Shown in pieces: positions 33,484 through 42,344 of a DNA stretch of 43,188 nt. Position numbers and translations under genes: made by a program. How positions within the stretch are numbered: the first letter of the stretch is position 1; each line of letters starts with the position of its first letter. The notes beneath the pieces are model-generated. The model was given only the letters and a program-made list of their open reading frames with translations. It was not told the DNA's origin and did no database searches. The DNA is from a virus (lineage: Duplodnaviria; Caudoviricetes): positions 1 through 43,188 of IMG/VR virus record IMGVR_UViG_3300034965_000015; one strand, 5' to 3'.

Positions 33484-35795
33484 TGGCTGACGATTCCGAC
33501 GCAGACGACGACGGCACAGCCGAAGCCGGGCCAGGCCTCCCCAAGGATGACGACGGACTGCTGAAGCGCCTCAAGCGTTGGGAGCGGCTCGCCCGCAATC
33601 ACTGGTCGGATTGGCGCGAAGAAGCCATGCTGTGCTTCGACTTCGTCGCCGGCCATCAATGGTCGAGCGATGACAAGGCCGCGCTGCTCGATCAGATGCG
33701 CCAGCCGGTGACGTTCAATCGCATTGGCCCCATGGTCGATGCCGTTTCGGGCGCCGAAATCCTCAACCGCCAGGAAGTGCGGTTTTCGCCGCGCTCCGAG
33801 GGCGATGTGCAGGTCAATGAGATCATCACCGCCGCCGACACCTGGGCGCGCGAGCTGTCCGACACCGAGGACGAGGAATCGGACCTGTTTTACGACAGCC
33901 TCGTCTGCGGCATGGGCTGGTCTGAAACCCGCATGGATTACAGCGACGACCCCGAGGGGCGGCTGGTCGATGACCGCGTCGATGCGCTGGAGATGTGGAG
34001 CGATCCGCAGGCCCGCAAGCGCAACCTCGCCGATCGGCGGTATCACGTCCGGGGGCGCAAGCGCGAGAAATCCGACCTGCCCAAGGCGTGGCAGAAGAAG
34101 CTCCCCAGCTCGAACAACGAAGACGGCGGCGCCGGCAACATCGACCAAGTGGACAGCGGCTATAACGGCCCGCGCTCGGACTATGACAACGACATAGCCC
34201 GCGCCAAGGACGGCGATAACGACAAGCGGCTGGTCTATATCAGGCATTTCCAGTGGTTCGAGAAGGAATCGGTGTGGCGGGTTGCCGATCCGCTGTCTGG
34301 CCAGGTCATCACCGCCGACAAGGCCAAGCTGAAAGAGCTGGGCGAGATGATGATGAGCCAGGGGATGCGCCCGCCCAAGGCCGTCAAGATCGAGCAGAAC
34401 AAGTTCTATGAGGCGTTCGTCTGCGGCAACGTCATCCTGGAAACGGGGCCGATCGAGGCGAACAAATTCACCCTCAATTGCGTCACCGGCAAGCGCGACC
34501 GCAACAAGAACACCTTCTTCGGCGTCGTCCGCTCGATGATCGATCCCCAGATGTGGGGCAACAAATTCTTCGTGCAGATCATGCACATCATCAACACATC
34601 GGCCAAGGGCGGGCTGATGTATGAAACCGATAGCTTCGCCAATCCGCGCAAGGCACTGGAAGACTGGGCGAAACCCAACGCGGCGCTGGAGGTCAAGCGC
34701 GGCGCGCTGGCCAATGGGGCCATCCAGGAGCGCGAGAGCAAGAACTATCCGCAAGGCATCGACCGGCTGATGGAGTTCGTCTTCAACTCCATGCCGCAGA
34801 CGTCGGGCATCAACCTGGAAATGCTGGGGCTGGTGCAGCGCGATCAGCCCGGGGTGCTGGAGGCGCAGCGCAAGAAGGCCGGATACGCCATTCTCGCGGT
34901 GTTCTTCGACAGCCTGCGCCGCTATCGCAAGATGAAGGGGCGGCTGCGGCTGTTCTACATCCAGAACTACATGAGCGACGGCCGGCTCATCAAAATCAAG
35001 GGCAAGGACAGCACCGAAAAATATATCCCGCTGGTTAAGCAGGCCGACACCGCGACCTATGACGTGATCGTGGATGAAGCGCCGATGTCGCCGAACCAGA
35101 AAGAGGCGACGTGGCAGATGCTGATGGGGCTGATGCCGCTGCTGTCGAAGATGAACGTGCCGCCGGAAATGTGGAGCGTGATCATCGAGCACTCGCCGCT
35201 GCCGTCAGCCGTGTCCGGCAAGATCAACGCCATCATCTCCGAGCAGGCGCAGCAGCCGCCGCCGCCCGACCCTGAGGTCGAGAAGGCCAAGATGGAAATG
35301 CAGATGCTGCAGCAGAAGGCGCAGCTCGATGCGCAAGGGCAGCAGCAGTCGCTGATGATCGACCAGCAGAAGGCGCAGATGGACGCCGATGCGCAGCAAC
35401 AGGCGCTGCAGGTCGAGGAGCAGAAGGCCCAGCTTGAGATTCAAAAGGCTCAGATCGGGCTGCAGATCAAGCAGCGCGAGCTCGAGATCGACATGGCCAA
35501 GGGCCAGCAGCAGATGCAGCTCGAGCAGGAGAAAATGCAGCTTGAGCGGCAAAAACTGCAGATGACCTCGCAGGACCGCAACGAAGAGTTCGAGGCCAAG
35601 CGCAAGGACCGCGAATTGCGGGCGAGCCAGGCCAAGGAAAAGGGCGAGCAGGACACCAAGCGCGCCGGCATCGACACCGACCTGATCAGCACCATCAAGA
35701 CGCTGGCCGAAGTCGCGGCGGCGCCGACCGAGCTGATGCGCGATAGCTCCGGCAAGCTGACCGGCGCGCGCAAGGCGACGAAAGGAAAGAACTGA
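33483..35795 (+). CDS. portal protein, P22-like with long Gln-rich helical C-terminus
   Basis: FVAGHQW, RQPVTFNRI, GVVRSMIDPQ..N, YDVIVDEAP; 770 aa from ATG 33483. Confidence 0.9.
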   Translation: MADDSDADDDGTAEAGPGLPKDDDGLLKRLKRWERLARNHWSDWREEAMLCFDFVAGHQWSSDDKAALLDQMRQPVTFNRIGPMVDAVSGAEILNRQEVRFSPRSEGDVQVNEIITAADTWARELSDTEDEESDLFYDSLVCGMGWSETRMDYSDDPEGRLVDDRVDALEMWSDPQARKRNLADRRYHVRGRKREKSDLPKAWQKKLPSSNNEDGGAGNIDQVDSGYNGPRSDYDNDIARAKDGDNDKRLVYIRHFQWFEKESVWRVADPLSGQVITADKAKLKELGEMMMSQGMRPPKAVKIEQNKFYEAFVCGNVILETGPIEANKFTLNCVTGKRDRNKNTFFGVVRSMIDPQMWGNKFFVQIMHIINTSAKGGLMYETDSFANPRKALEDWAKPNAALEVKRGALANGAIQERESKNYPQGIDRLMEFVFNSMPQTSGINLEMLGLVQRDQPGVLEAQRKKAGYAILAVFFDSLRRYRKMKGRLRLFYIQNYMSDGRLIKIKGKDSTEKYIPLVKQADTATYDVIVDEAPMSPNQKEATWQMLMGLMPLLSKMNVPPEMWSVIIEHSPLPSAVSGKINAIISEQAQQPPPPDPEVEKAKMEMQMLQQKAQLDAQGQQQSLMIDQQKAQMDADAQQQALQVEEQKAQLEIQKAQIGLQIKQRELEIDMAKGQQQMQLEQEKMQLERQKLQMTSQDRNEEFEAKRKDRELRASQAKEKGEQDTKRAGIDTDLISTIKTLAEVAAAPTELMRDSSGKLTGARKATKGKN

Positions 35796-35797
35796 CC

Positions 35798-36244
35798 ATG
35801 GGTAATCGCTACACCGTCACGCGCGACCCGTTTACGGGCACGGCCACCAACGATGCGCTCACGCTGATTTCCGGCTCGGGGCGGCGCATCCGCGTCGTTG
35901 AAGCGCGGGTTGTCGGCGAGGGCGCAACCTCGGCACCCCAACGCATCTTCGTCGCGCGCTCGGCGGCCGGCACCACGCCGGGCGGCGCGATCACGCCGAA
36001 CAAGGCGGACCATTCCGAGCAGCCTGCGGCGAACTTCACCACGGCAACGACATGGTCGGTGCAGCCGGTGACGGACACCAACGGCGTGCTGATCGGCTGG
36101 AACTCGCTCGGCGCATCGCCGCCATTCGTGGCGCCTAAGGGCTCGTTGCTGGAGGCGCGCAACGGCGAATGCATCTCGTTCCGCATTCCGTCCGGCACGA
36201 CGCCGCAAGCGTGCGGTCTGTCGGTGGTGGTCGAGGAAGACTGA
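35798..36244 (+). CDS. putative virion beta-rich protein
   Basis: Thr/Gly/Ser-rich, in head operon. Confidence 0.55.
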   Translation: MGNRYTVTRDPFTGTATNDALTLISGSGRRIRVVEARVVGEGATSAPQRIFVARSAAGTTPGGAITPNKADHSEQPAANFTTATTWSVQPVTDTNGVLIGWNSLGASPPFVAPKGSLLEARNGECISFRIPSGTTPQACGLSVVVEED

Positions 36245-36311
36245 GTTTAACAGGGAGGGTTGGACGGTGGCAGACGTAAAATTATACTTCCCAGCTCCGT
36301 AGGAAACAACT

Positions 36312-36893
36312 GTGTCCATTCAGACCTGGCAGGAAACGCATGTAACGTCGCTCGTTGACGGTAGTGCGATTTCGAACTCAACGTCACAGCTATCGCTGCT
36401 TGGCGTGGCGGGTGCTGGCGCAAGCGCATCGAAGTTCTCGTTTCCGCCAAACTTCCTATCCGTCGGCAAGATGCTGAAGATCACAGCAGCGGGCCGGATA
36501 TCGACTGTTGTGACGACGCCGGGCACGCTTACGCTTGGACTGCTGTTCGGTGCGGTTGTCATCGCCAATGGTGGCGCCATGGCGTTGAACATCGTTGCAA
36601 AGACGAACGTGCCGTGGGTGCTGGAATGGAATCTGGTGTGCCGGGCCATCGGCAGTTCCACCTCGGCGAATTTCATGCACCAAGGCGTGTGGACTTCCGA
36701 GGCTGTCATCGGCTCGCCAGTTCCCGGAACTGGGGGCGCTGGCTCGCACATGCTGCCCAATGCCGCGCCTGCTGTTGGCACGGGCTTTGACAGCACAGCG
36801 TCACAGGTCATGGACATAGTCGCCACCTGGTCAATCGCGAACGCGGCGAACTCTATTACGATGCACCAATTCCGCGCGGAGAGCCTGAACTGA
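36312..36893 (+). CDS. putative virion beta-rich protein
   Basis: GTG start after AGGA; Ser/Thr/Gly/Ala-rich. Confidence 0.55.
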   Translation: MSIQTWQETHVTSLVDGSAISNSTSQLSLLGVAGAGASASKFSFPPNFLSVGKMLKITAAGRISTVVTTPGTLTLGLLFGAVVIANGGAMALNIVAKTNVPWVLEWNLVCRAIGSSTSANFMHQGVWTSEAVIGSPVPGTGGAGSHMLPNAAPAVGTGFDSTASQVMDIVATWSIANAANSITMHQFRAESLN

Positions 36894-37396
36894 TGTCCGG
36901 TTACTCCCAATGGAAGCTACTCGCCCACGTAGATAACGTCGCAAGCGGCGCTGCCGCGTCGATGACCACGCAGGGCTTCGACCCGGCGCTGTTGCTGAAG
37001 ATTTATCTCCGCATCGCAGGGTATTCCGCTTCGTCCGTTGCCCGGCTGCGCTTCAACGGCGATAGCGGCGCGAATTACGCCTACAAGGTGTCTGAAAATC
37101 TCGCTGCGGCGACCGCCGCAACCGGCGCAAGCGGGCTCGATCTGGCGACGGCGCTCGGCGGCTCGCAAGCGCTGATCGAGATGACGCTGATCAACTCAGT
37201 CACCATCGAGAAATCGTTGTTCTGGGATGGTGTCGCCGGATCGCTGGTAGCCGCGACCGCGCCAAACCGCATTATCGGCTCTGGCATCTGGATCAACGCG
37301 GCCGCGATCAACCAAGTCACGCTCGACGCCGGTTCCGGCGGCGGCACGCTTTCTCTCGGCACGGGCATTAGCGTCTTCGGCTCCGAGGCGACCTAA
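36893..37396 (+). CDS. putative virion beta-sandwich protein
   Basis: LRFNGDSGANY..GIWINAAAINQVTL..ISVFG; resembles C-terminal domain of 1478-2479. Confidence 0.55.
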   Translation: MSGYSQWKLLAHVDNVASGAAASMTTQGFDPALLLKIYLRIAGYSASSVARLRFNGDSGANYAYKVSENLAAATAATGASGLDLATALGGSQALIEMTLINSVTIEKSLFWDGVAGSLVAATAPNRIIGSGIWINAAAINQVTLDAGSGGGTLSLGTGISVFGSEAT

Positions 37397-38385
37397 TGGT
37401 ATCCCGCTCGCCGAGCGGGCGGGGGCCGAATAAGGGCGGCTTCAGGCGGTTCCGCAGCAAGATCAGCTTCGAGACGCCGGTTACGCCGCTTGACGATGCC
37501 GAGTTGCTGGTGCCGTTCGCCGATGCGGACGACGCGGTCGCAGACGACGCTTTCGGCGAAGACACGCAGGCGATTGACGCAGTCGCCGCCGTCGCGGACC
37601 AGCCGGACCCCGACGCAAGCGCTGACACTGCGCTGGATGAGGGCGCCGACAGCCAATCCGAAGCGCTGGCGGCCGAAGACGCAGCCGCAGATGACTTCGG
37701 CGCGGCGGACGATGACGGGGCTGTAGACGCCGCTACGGGCGACGAAGCGCAGCCCATCGATGTGGCCGTCGCCGCAACGCCCGACCAGCTCGACACCGAC
37801 GCCGATCCGGGCCTCGACGCGCTGGACGACGCGGCCGATGTTTCGCTGGCCGATGCCCTGGCCGATGACCTCGCGGCCATCGACCTGGAATATCCCGAGC
37901 TGGAGCTGCTCACCGAGGTCGAGCCTGACCTCTGGTTCGAGGCAGGGGCCTTGGACGATGCGCCGGCCGCCCCGGCGGATGACCTGGAATATCAGGTCAT
38001 CACGCATGAGGAGCAGCCTGGCGACACAGAGACTGCCTCCGTGGGGGCGGAGGAGACGCCGGACGACGCGCCCGCCGCTGGTCCCAATCTCAGCAGCGGT
38101 GTCGAGGTTGTCCGGCGTCGAAACCAATATATCCGGCGCTCGTGGAACCCGGAGAAGCCGCCCGAGCCCGATCCGCCCGCGTTTACCATGTTGGTGGATC
38201 GGCGTTATACGCTGGCCCGCCAGATCATTGCGGGCATGCCTTTGCCGATGCCCAAGACTATCGTGGTGCAGCGGCAGATTGCCGTGATCCCGCCCAAGCT
38301 GAGGCCAATGCGAACAGCGGCCATGCGGCGGCGCGAGATCGAAGAAGACGATGATGAGGCGCTCGCCGCCATGTTGATGCTTTGA
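37396..38385 (+). CDS. extremely acidic, probably disordered protein with basic ends
   Basis: About 200-aa Asp/Glu/Ala-rich core lacking K/R; ends EEDDDEALAAMLML. Confidence 0.7.
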   Translation: MVSRSPSGRGPNKGGFRRFRSKISFETPVTPLDDAELLVPFADADDAVADDAFGEDTQAIDAVAAVADQPDPDASADTALDEGADSQSEALAAEDAAADDFGAADDDGAVDAATGDEAQPIDVAVAATPDQLDTDADPGLDALDDAADVSLADALADDLAAIDLEYPELELLTEVEPDLWFEAGALDDAPAAPADDLEYQVITHEEQPGDTETASVGAEETPDDAPAAGPNLSSGVEVVRRRNQYIRRSWNPEKPPEPDPPAFTMLVDRRYTLARQIIAGMPLPMPKTIVVQRQIAVIPPKLRPMRTAAMRRREIEEDDDEALAAMLML

Positions 38386-38393
38386 GGAGTTTT

Positions 38394-38570
38394 ATGGCAA
38401 CGTTCAGCAGTAATACGACCCGTGGCTATACGCAGCCGATGAATGATCCGGAGGCGCAGCGGGATCTGGAGCGCCGCGCCCAGCAGCAAGCCGAGGCTAT
38501 CGACGCTGAGTTTGAGGTCATTGGCAATGGTGAGAACCAGCCCAAGCTACCAGTAAAGGTGTCCGCATGA
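38394..38570 (+). CDS. 58-aa hypothetical protein
   Basis: GAGGAG SD; ATGA-coupled to next gene. Confidence 0.55.
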   Translation: MATFSSNTTRGYTQPMNDPEAQRDLERRAQQQAEAIDAEFEVIGNGENQPKLPVKVSA

Positions 38571-38839
38571 ACGGATATCCCAGTTGCAAGACCTGCGCCG
38601 CGTTCTTCCGCAGCTTTGCCGGCGCCAAGACCGGAGAATGCCGCGCCCGCCCGCCCGTGCCGGTGATGATCGGCATCTCGCAGCCGCCTCCGGTGCCTGT
38701 CATCGGCATGAAGAACGGCGGTCACGCCCAGCCCGTCATCAACGGCTTCTTTCCGCCCACCAGTGAACACATCTGGTGCATGGAATGGCAGGGGCTGACG
38801 GAAGACAACAAGACCATCGAACATGAGGCAACAGCATGA
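38567..38839 (+). CDS. small Cys-containing hypothetical protein
   Basis: CxxC..GECRARPP..FPP..WCMEW. Confidence 0.65.
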   Translation: MNGYPSCKTCAAFFRSFAGAKTGECRARPPVPVMIGISQPPPVPVIGMKNGGHAQPVINGFFPPTSEHIWCMEWQGLTEDNKTIEHEATA

Positions 38840-39819
38840 GTGACGGCACACCGACACCCGCCCCGACCGGCGAAGACAAGCAATGGGCCGACCTTGAGGC
38901 CGAGGTAGGGGCAGACATCTCCGCAGACGACGCGGACGGCGGCGGCGAAACCGGCGGCGACAAGGCCGCGCCCGAGACCGAGACCGCCGAGAAGCCCGCG
39001 CCGATCCCCTATGAGGAGCTGGAGCGCCGTCACCGGCAGACCGCAGGCGCGCTGAAGGAAACCCGCGAGCGCGAGCAGGCCGCACGGGACCAGCTCAAGG
39101 CCTTCTCGCAGATGGTCGAGGAGATGCGCAGCAAGCGCGCCGCCCCCGCCGAGGAGAAGCCCGCTCCGGCGGTCGAGATCGACCCGAACGAAGACCCGGT
39201 TGCCTATTTCCAGGCCAAGACCGCAGCGCTCGAAGCCCAGCTTGCCGAGCTGACGAAAACCTCGACGGAAACCCGCGAGGAAGCCCGGTCGCGCCAGGAA
39301 TATCAGCAGTTCATGGGCGTCGTGAGCGAGCACGAGGCGCAGTTCGCCGCCAAGACGCCGGACTATCACCAGGCCGCCGAGTTCCTGGAGAAGGGCCGCC
39401 GCGCCGAGCTGGCCATTCTGTTCCCCGACACGCCGCAGATGCAGGGTTATGCGCGCCAGCAGGGCTTTCAGTCCATCGAGCAGCTTCGGAACGCGGTGTT
39501 CATCAACGACGCCCAGACGGTCGCGCGCAACGCGCTGATGGCCGGCATGAACCCGGCCGAGGCCTATTACGGGCTGGCCAAGGGGCGCGGATACAAGCCC
39601 GGCACAGGCGGCGGCGGCTCTGCCGACAAGGTCGAGCGCGCCAATGCCACCATCGAGGCGATGCGCAAGGGCGTCAAAGCGTCCAAGAGCATTTCAGGCG
39701 GTGGCGGCGGGCCGGACAACCCGCTGAACGCATCGGACCTCGCCGACCTCTATGCTGAGGACCCGGAAGAGTTCGACCGGCAATGGGACAAGATGGCCAA
39801 GGCTGGAAAGCTGGGCTAG
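38836..39819 (+). CDS. capsid scaffolding protein
   Basis: Acidic N-terminus, coiled coils, NPAEAYYGLAK; directly upstream of capsid gene. Confidence 0.75.
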   Translation: MSDGTPTPAPTGEDKQWADLEAEVGADISADDADGGGETGGDKAAPETETAEKPAPIPYEELERRHRQTAGALKETREREQAARDQLKAFSQMVEEMRSKRAAPAEEKPAPAVEIDPNEDPVAYFQAKTAALEAQLAELTKTSTETREEARSRQEYQQFMGVVSEHEAQFAAKTPDYHQAAEFLEKGRRAELAILFPDTPQMQGYARQQGFQSIEQLRNAVFINDAQTVARNALMAGMNPAEAYYGLAKGRGYKPGTGGGGSADKVERANATIEAMRKGVKASKSISGGGGGPDNPLNASDLADLYAEDPEEFDRQWDKMAKAGKLG

Positions 39820-40011
39820 CCGATGGCCGAAACGAATTTCACTCCGCGAGAGCAGACCAACTGGCGGATGAAGGAGCTAGTCCGCGAGTGCCTCTTGGAG
39901 GCTTGCGGCGACACTTTGAAAGGCATGGGCGTGGACACCGCCCCATTGCAGACGATGACGCCGCTGCCCGATTGCATGAAGGCACCAGACAAGGCTGGAA
40001 AGCTGGGCTAG
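39798..40011 (+). repeat. 22-bp direct repeat CAAGGCTGGAAAGCTGGGCTAG (39798-39819, 39990-40011)
   Basis: Exact copies 192 bp apart, each containing a stop codon. Confidence 0.95.
39823..40011 (+). CDS. 62-aa ORF ending in the scaffold C-terminal KAGKLG
   Basis: Fills the interval between the direct repeats; weak SD. Confidence 0.45.
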   Translation: MAETNFTPREQTNWRMKELVRECLLEACGDTLKGMGVDTAPLQTMTPLPDCMKAPDKAGKLG

Positions 40012-40194
40012 AACGAATCAGGAATACGCTTGCCTTTCTGCCCTGATGCGGGGCGAAAACCGCATCTGCCTCGCGCCCGGCATTAACAGGCGCACTGGCC
40101 GGCTGGGGGCCGTAATCCCCTGCACTGCCCGCCCTGAGGCGAAATCAGGCGCAAACGAGAACCATCCCAACAACCATCTTTAGGAACCATACCA

Positions 40195-41346
40195 ATGGCC
40201 GACACAGCCTATGGCGTAAATGCCAATGAGGCGGTGAAGCTGTGGTCCGCAAAGCTGGCTCGTGAAGCGCTTAAGAAAACCTACCTTAAGAATTTCATGG
40301 GCGAGGGCTCGGACAGCCTCATCCAAGTCAGAAACGAGACGAACAAAGGCCCCGGCGACCGTATCCGCATCACCTTGCGTATGCAGCTCACGGGGCGCGG
40401 CATCATCGGCGACGGCACTCAGGAGGGCAACGAAGAGTCGCTCACCACCTTCACCGACGATCTGATCATCAACCAGCTTCGGCACGCGGTGCGCTCCGAG
40501 GGCAAGATGACCGAGCAGCGCATCCCGTTCAACATCCGTTCGGAGGCCATGATGGGCCTGTCCGACTGGTGGGCATCGCGCTGGGATATCTGGGGCTTTT
40601 ACCATCTGGCGGGCTTCACCCCAGGCAACGCCGTCAGCACGGGCGACTTTGACACGGACTCGACCGGGCCGGAGTTCAATGGGCATAACACCATCGTCGC
40701 ACCGTCGCGGCAGGTATTTCCGTCGAACGTTGCGGGAACGGCATATACCACTGATGAAGGCATTGCCGCTGGCGCGACCCCCGGCGCTGAATACGCTGCG
40801 GCTGCATTTAGCCTTCTCATGATCGACAAGGCGGTGGAGCGGGCCAAGGTCGGCTCGCTGACCGGCGTCGTGCCGATTCGGCCGGTGAAAGTGGACGGCA
40901 AGGACTATTTTGTCGTCTTTCTGCACCCCTACCAAGTCACTGACCTGCGGACCAGCGGCTCGGCCTCGACCGTTACCTGGTTCGGTATCCACTCGTCCGA
41001 AATGCAGGGCGGCAAGCTCGCCGACAACCCGATCTTTACGGGCGCGCTCGGCATCTACAACGGATGCATCCTGCATGAATCCGTCCACGTGCCGGAGGGC
41101 GTCAATTCGACCCTCGGCACCACCGTTGCCGGTGTCCGTCGCGCGGTTCTGTGCGGCGCGCAATCGCTGCTCTGCGGCTTCGGCCAGGGGCACGATGAGA
41201 CCTCTTACAGCTGGTTTGAGCAGTTGTTCGACTACGGCAACAAGCTCGGCGTCAAGGCGGGCTGTATCGCGGGGCTGAAGAAGGCCCGGTTCAACTCTCA
41301 GGACTTCGGTACCGTTGTGATGTCCAGCGCCGCAGCGCCGCACTAA
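40195..41346 (+). CDS. major capsid protein (N4-gp56 / DUF4043-like)
   Basis: AVKLWS..GDRIRITLRMQLTG..EGNEESL..INQLRHAV..GLKKARFNSQDFG. Confidence 0.9.
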   Translation: MADTAYGVNANEAVKLWSAKLAREALKKTYLKNFMGEGSDSLIQVRNETNKGPGDRIRITLRMQLTGRGIIGDGTQEGNEESLTTFTDDLIINQLRHAVRSEGKMTEQRIPFNIRSEAMMGLSDWWASRWDIWGFYHLAGFTPGNAVSTGDFDTDSTGPEFNGHNTIVAPSRQVFPSNVAGTAYTTDEGIAAGATPGAEYAAAAFSLLMIDKAVERAKVGSLTGVVPIRPVKVDGKDYFVVFLHPYQVTDLRTSGSASTVTWFGIHSSEMQGGKLADNPIFTGALGIYNGCILHESVHVPEGVNSTLGTTVAGVRRAVLCGAQSLLCGFGQGHDETSYSWFEQLFDYGNKLGVKAGCIAGLKKARFNSQDFGTVVMSSAAAPH

Positions 41347-41358
41347 GGGAGCTGATTA

Positions 41359-41718
41359 ATGGAATTGGACACAATTTCGCTGACGATCGCCAATGGTCAG
41401 TCCTTATCTGATGCTGCGGATCTGTCCTCAGTGCGCGCGGTTGGGCTCATCGGCCCAACCGCCTTTGATGGGACTAGTGTCAACTTCGAAACATCTATTG
41501 ATGGAGTGACCTGGCACCCATTGCTCAACGTAGCTGGAAGCAGCGTCCTCGTGGCGGTTCCGGCTAGTGGAGTAGAAAGGTGGATGCTGTTCGACCAAAC
41601 AGTCGAATGGCAGAACCTGACTTGGCTAAAACTCAAGTCCACAAGTACTCAAACCGCTGACCGAACAGTCAATCTGGTTGTTCGGCCTCGTCAATGCACA
41701 CTCACTCTAGAATGCTGA
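41359..41718 (+). CDS. hypothetical beta-rich protein, lower GC
   Basis: GGGAG SD; TIANGQSLSDA..FETSIDGVTW. Confidence 0.65.
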   Translation: MELDTISLTIANGQSLSDAADLSSVRAVGLIGPTAFDGTSVNFETSIDGVTWHPLLNVAGSSVLVAVPASGVERWMLFDQTVEWQNLTWLKLKSTSTQTADRTVNLVVRPRQCTLTLEC

Positions 41719-41728
41719 GGAGGCTTCA

Positions 41729-42118
41729 ATGGGACAGGGTTCAACAGCCCGTAAGCCTGTCGGGCAACAGGTCGTGTTCTCGCGGACGCGGCTTCTTGGC
41801 ACGAGCGGCAACGGGACATTTTCGCTCGGCTTCTTCCCTGCCGGCGCGAACATCCTGCGTATCGGCAGCGCCGTCCGTGTGGTGTTTTCCGGCGGCACGC
41901 CTGCCGGAACGCTCGGCACGCGGGCATCACCTGCGAACATGGTTGCTGCGCTCGCAACGCAGCTCACGACCATCGGCAGAAACGTCTCGACGCTGATTGC
42001 ATCAGCAGCGCTCTGTCTGGACGTTGACACCGAGTTGGTGGCGGTCGTCTCAGGCACGCCGACTGCCGGCACCGCCGACATCGAAATCGAGTACACGCTT
42101 CCCGACGAAACGCCGTAA
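41729..42118 (+). CDS. putative capsid decoration protein
   Basis: GGAGG SD; small beta-rich protein after capsid, before terminator. Confidence 0.6.
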   Translation: MGQGSTARKPVGQQVVFSRTRLLGTSGNGTFSLGFFPAGANILRIGSAVRVVFSGGTPAGTLGTRASPANMVAALATQLTTIGRNVSTLIASAALCLDVDTELVAVVSGTPTAGTADIEIEYTLPDETP

Positions 42119-42125
42119 CGGCTGG

Positions 42126-42154
42126 GGGCGGGCTTCGGCCCGCCCTTCCTCTTT
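42126..42154 (+). terminator. terminator-like hairpin with UUCG loop
   Basis: GGGCGGGC-TTCG-GCCCGCCC followed by an interrupted T tract. Confidence 0.7.
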
Positions 42155-42172
42155 CCCGCGAAAGGACGCCCG

Positions 42173-42340
42173 ATGTCGCTCGGCACCATTCTCCTCATCA
42201 TCCTCGTCATCTTCCTGTTCGGTGGCTTCGCCAATATCGGCAGCCTCGGACCCGGCTACGGCTACGGCTATTACGGCCAGGGCCTGCCGCTGATCCTCAT
42301 CATTGTCGTCGTTATCCTGCTGGTGACGGGCCGCATCTGA
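42173..42340 (+). CDS. DUF3309-family small membrane protein, 55 aa (not in ORF track)
   Basis: MSLGTILLIILVIFLFGG..GYGYGYYGQG..ILIIVVVILLVTGRI; AAAGGA SD. Confidence 0.8.
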   Translation: MSLGTILLIILVIFLFGGFANIGSLGPGYGYGYYGQGLPLILIIVVVILLVTGRI

Positions 42341-42344
42341 CCCG

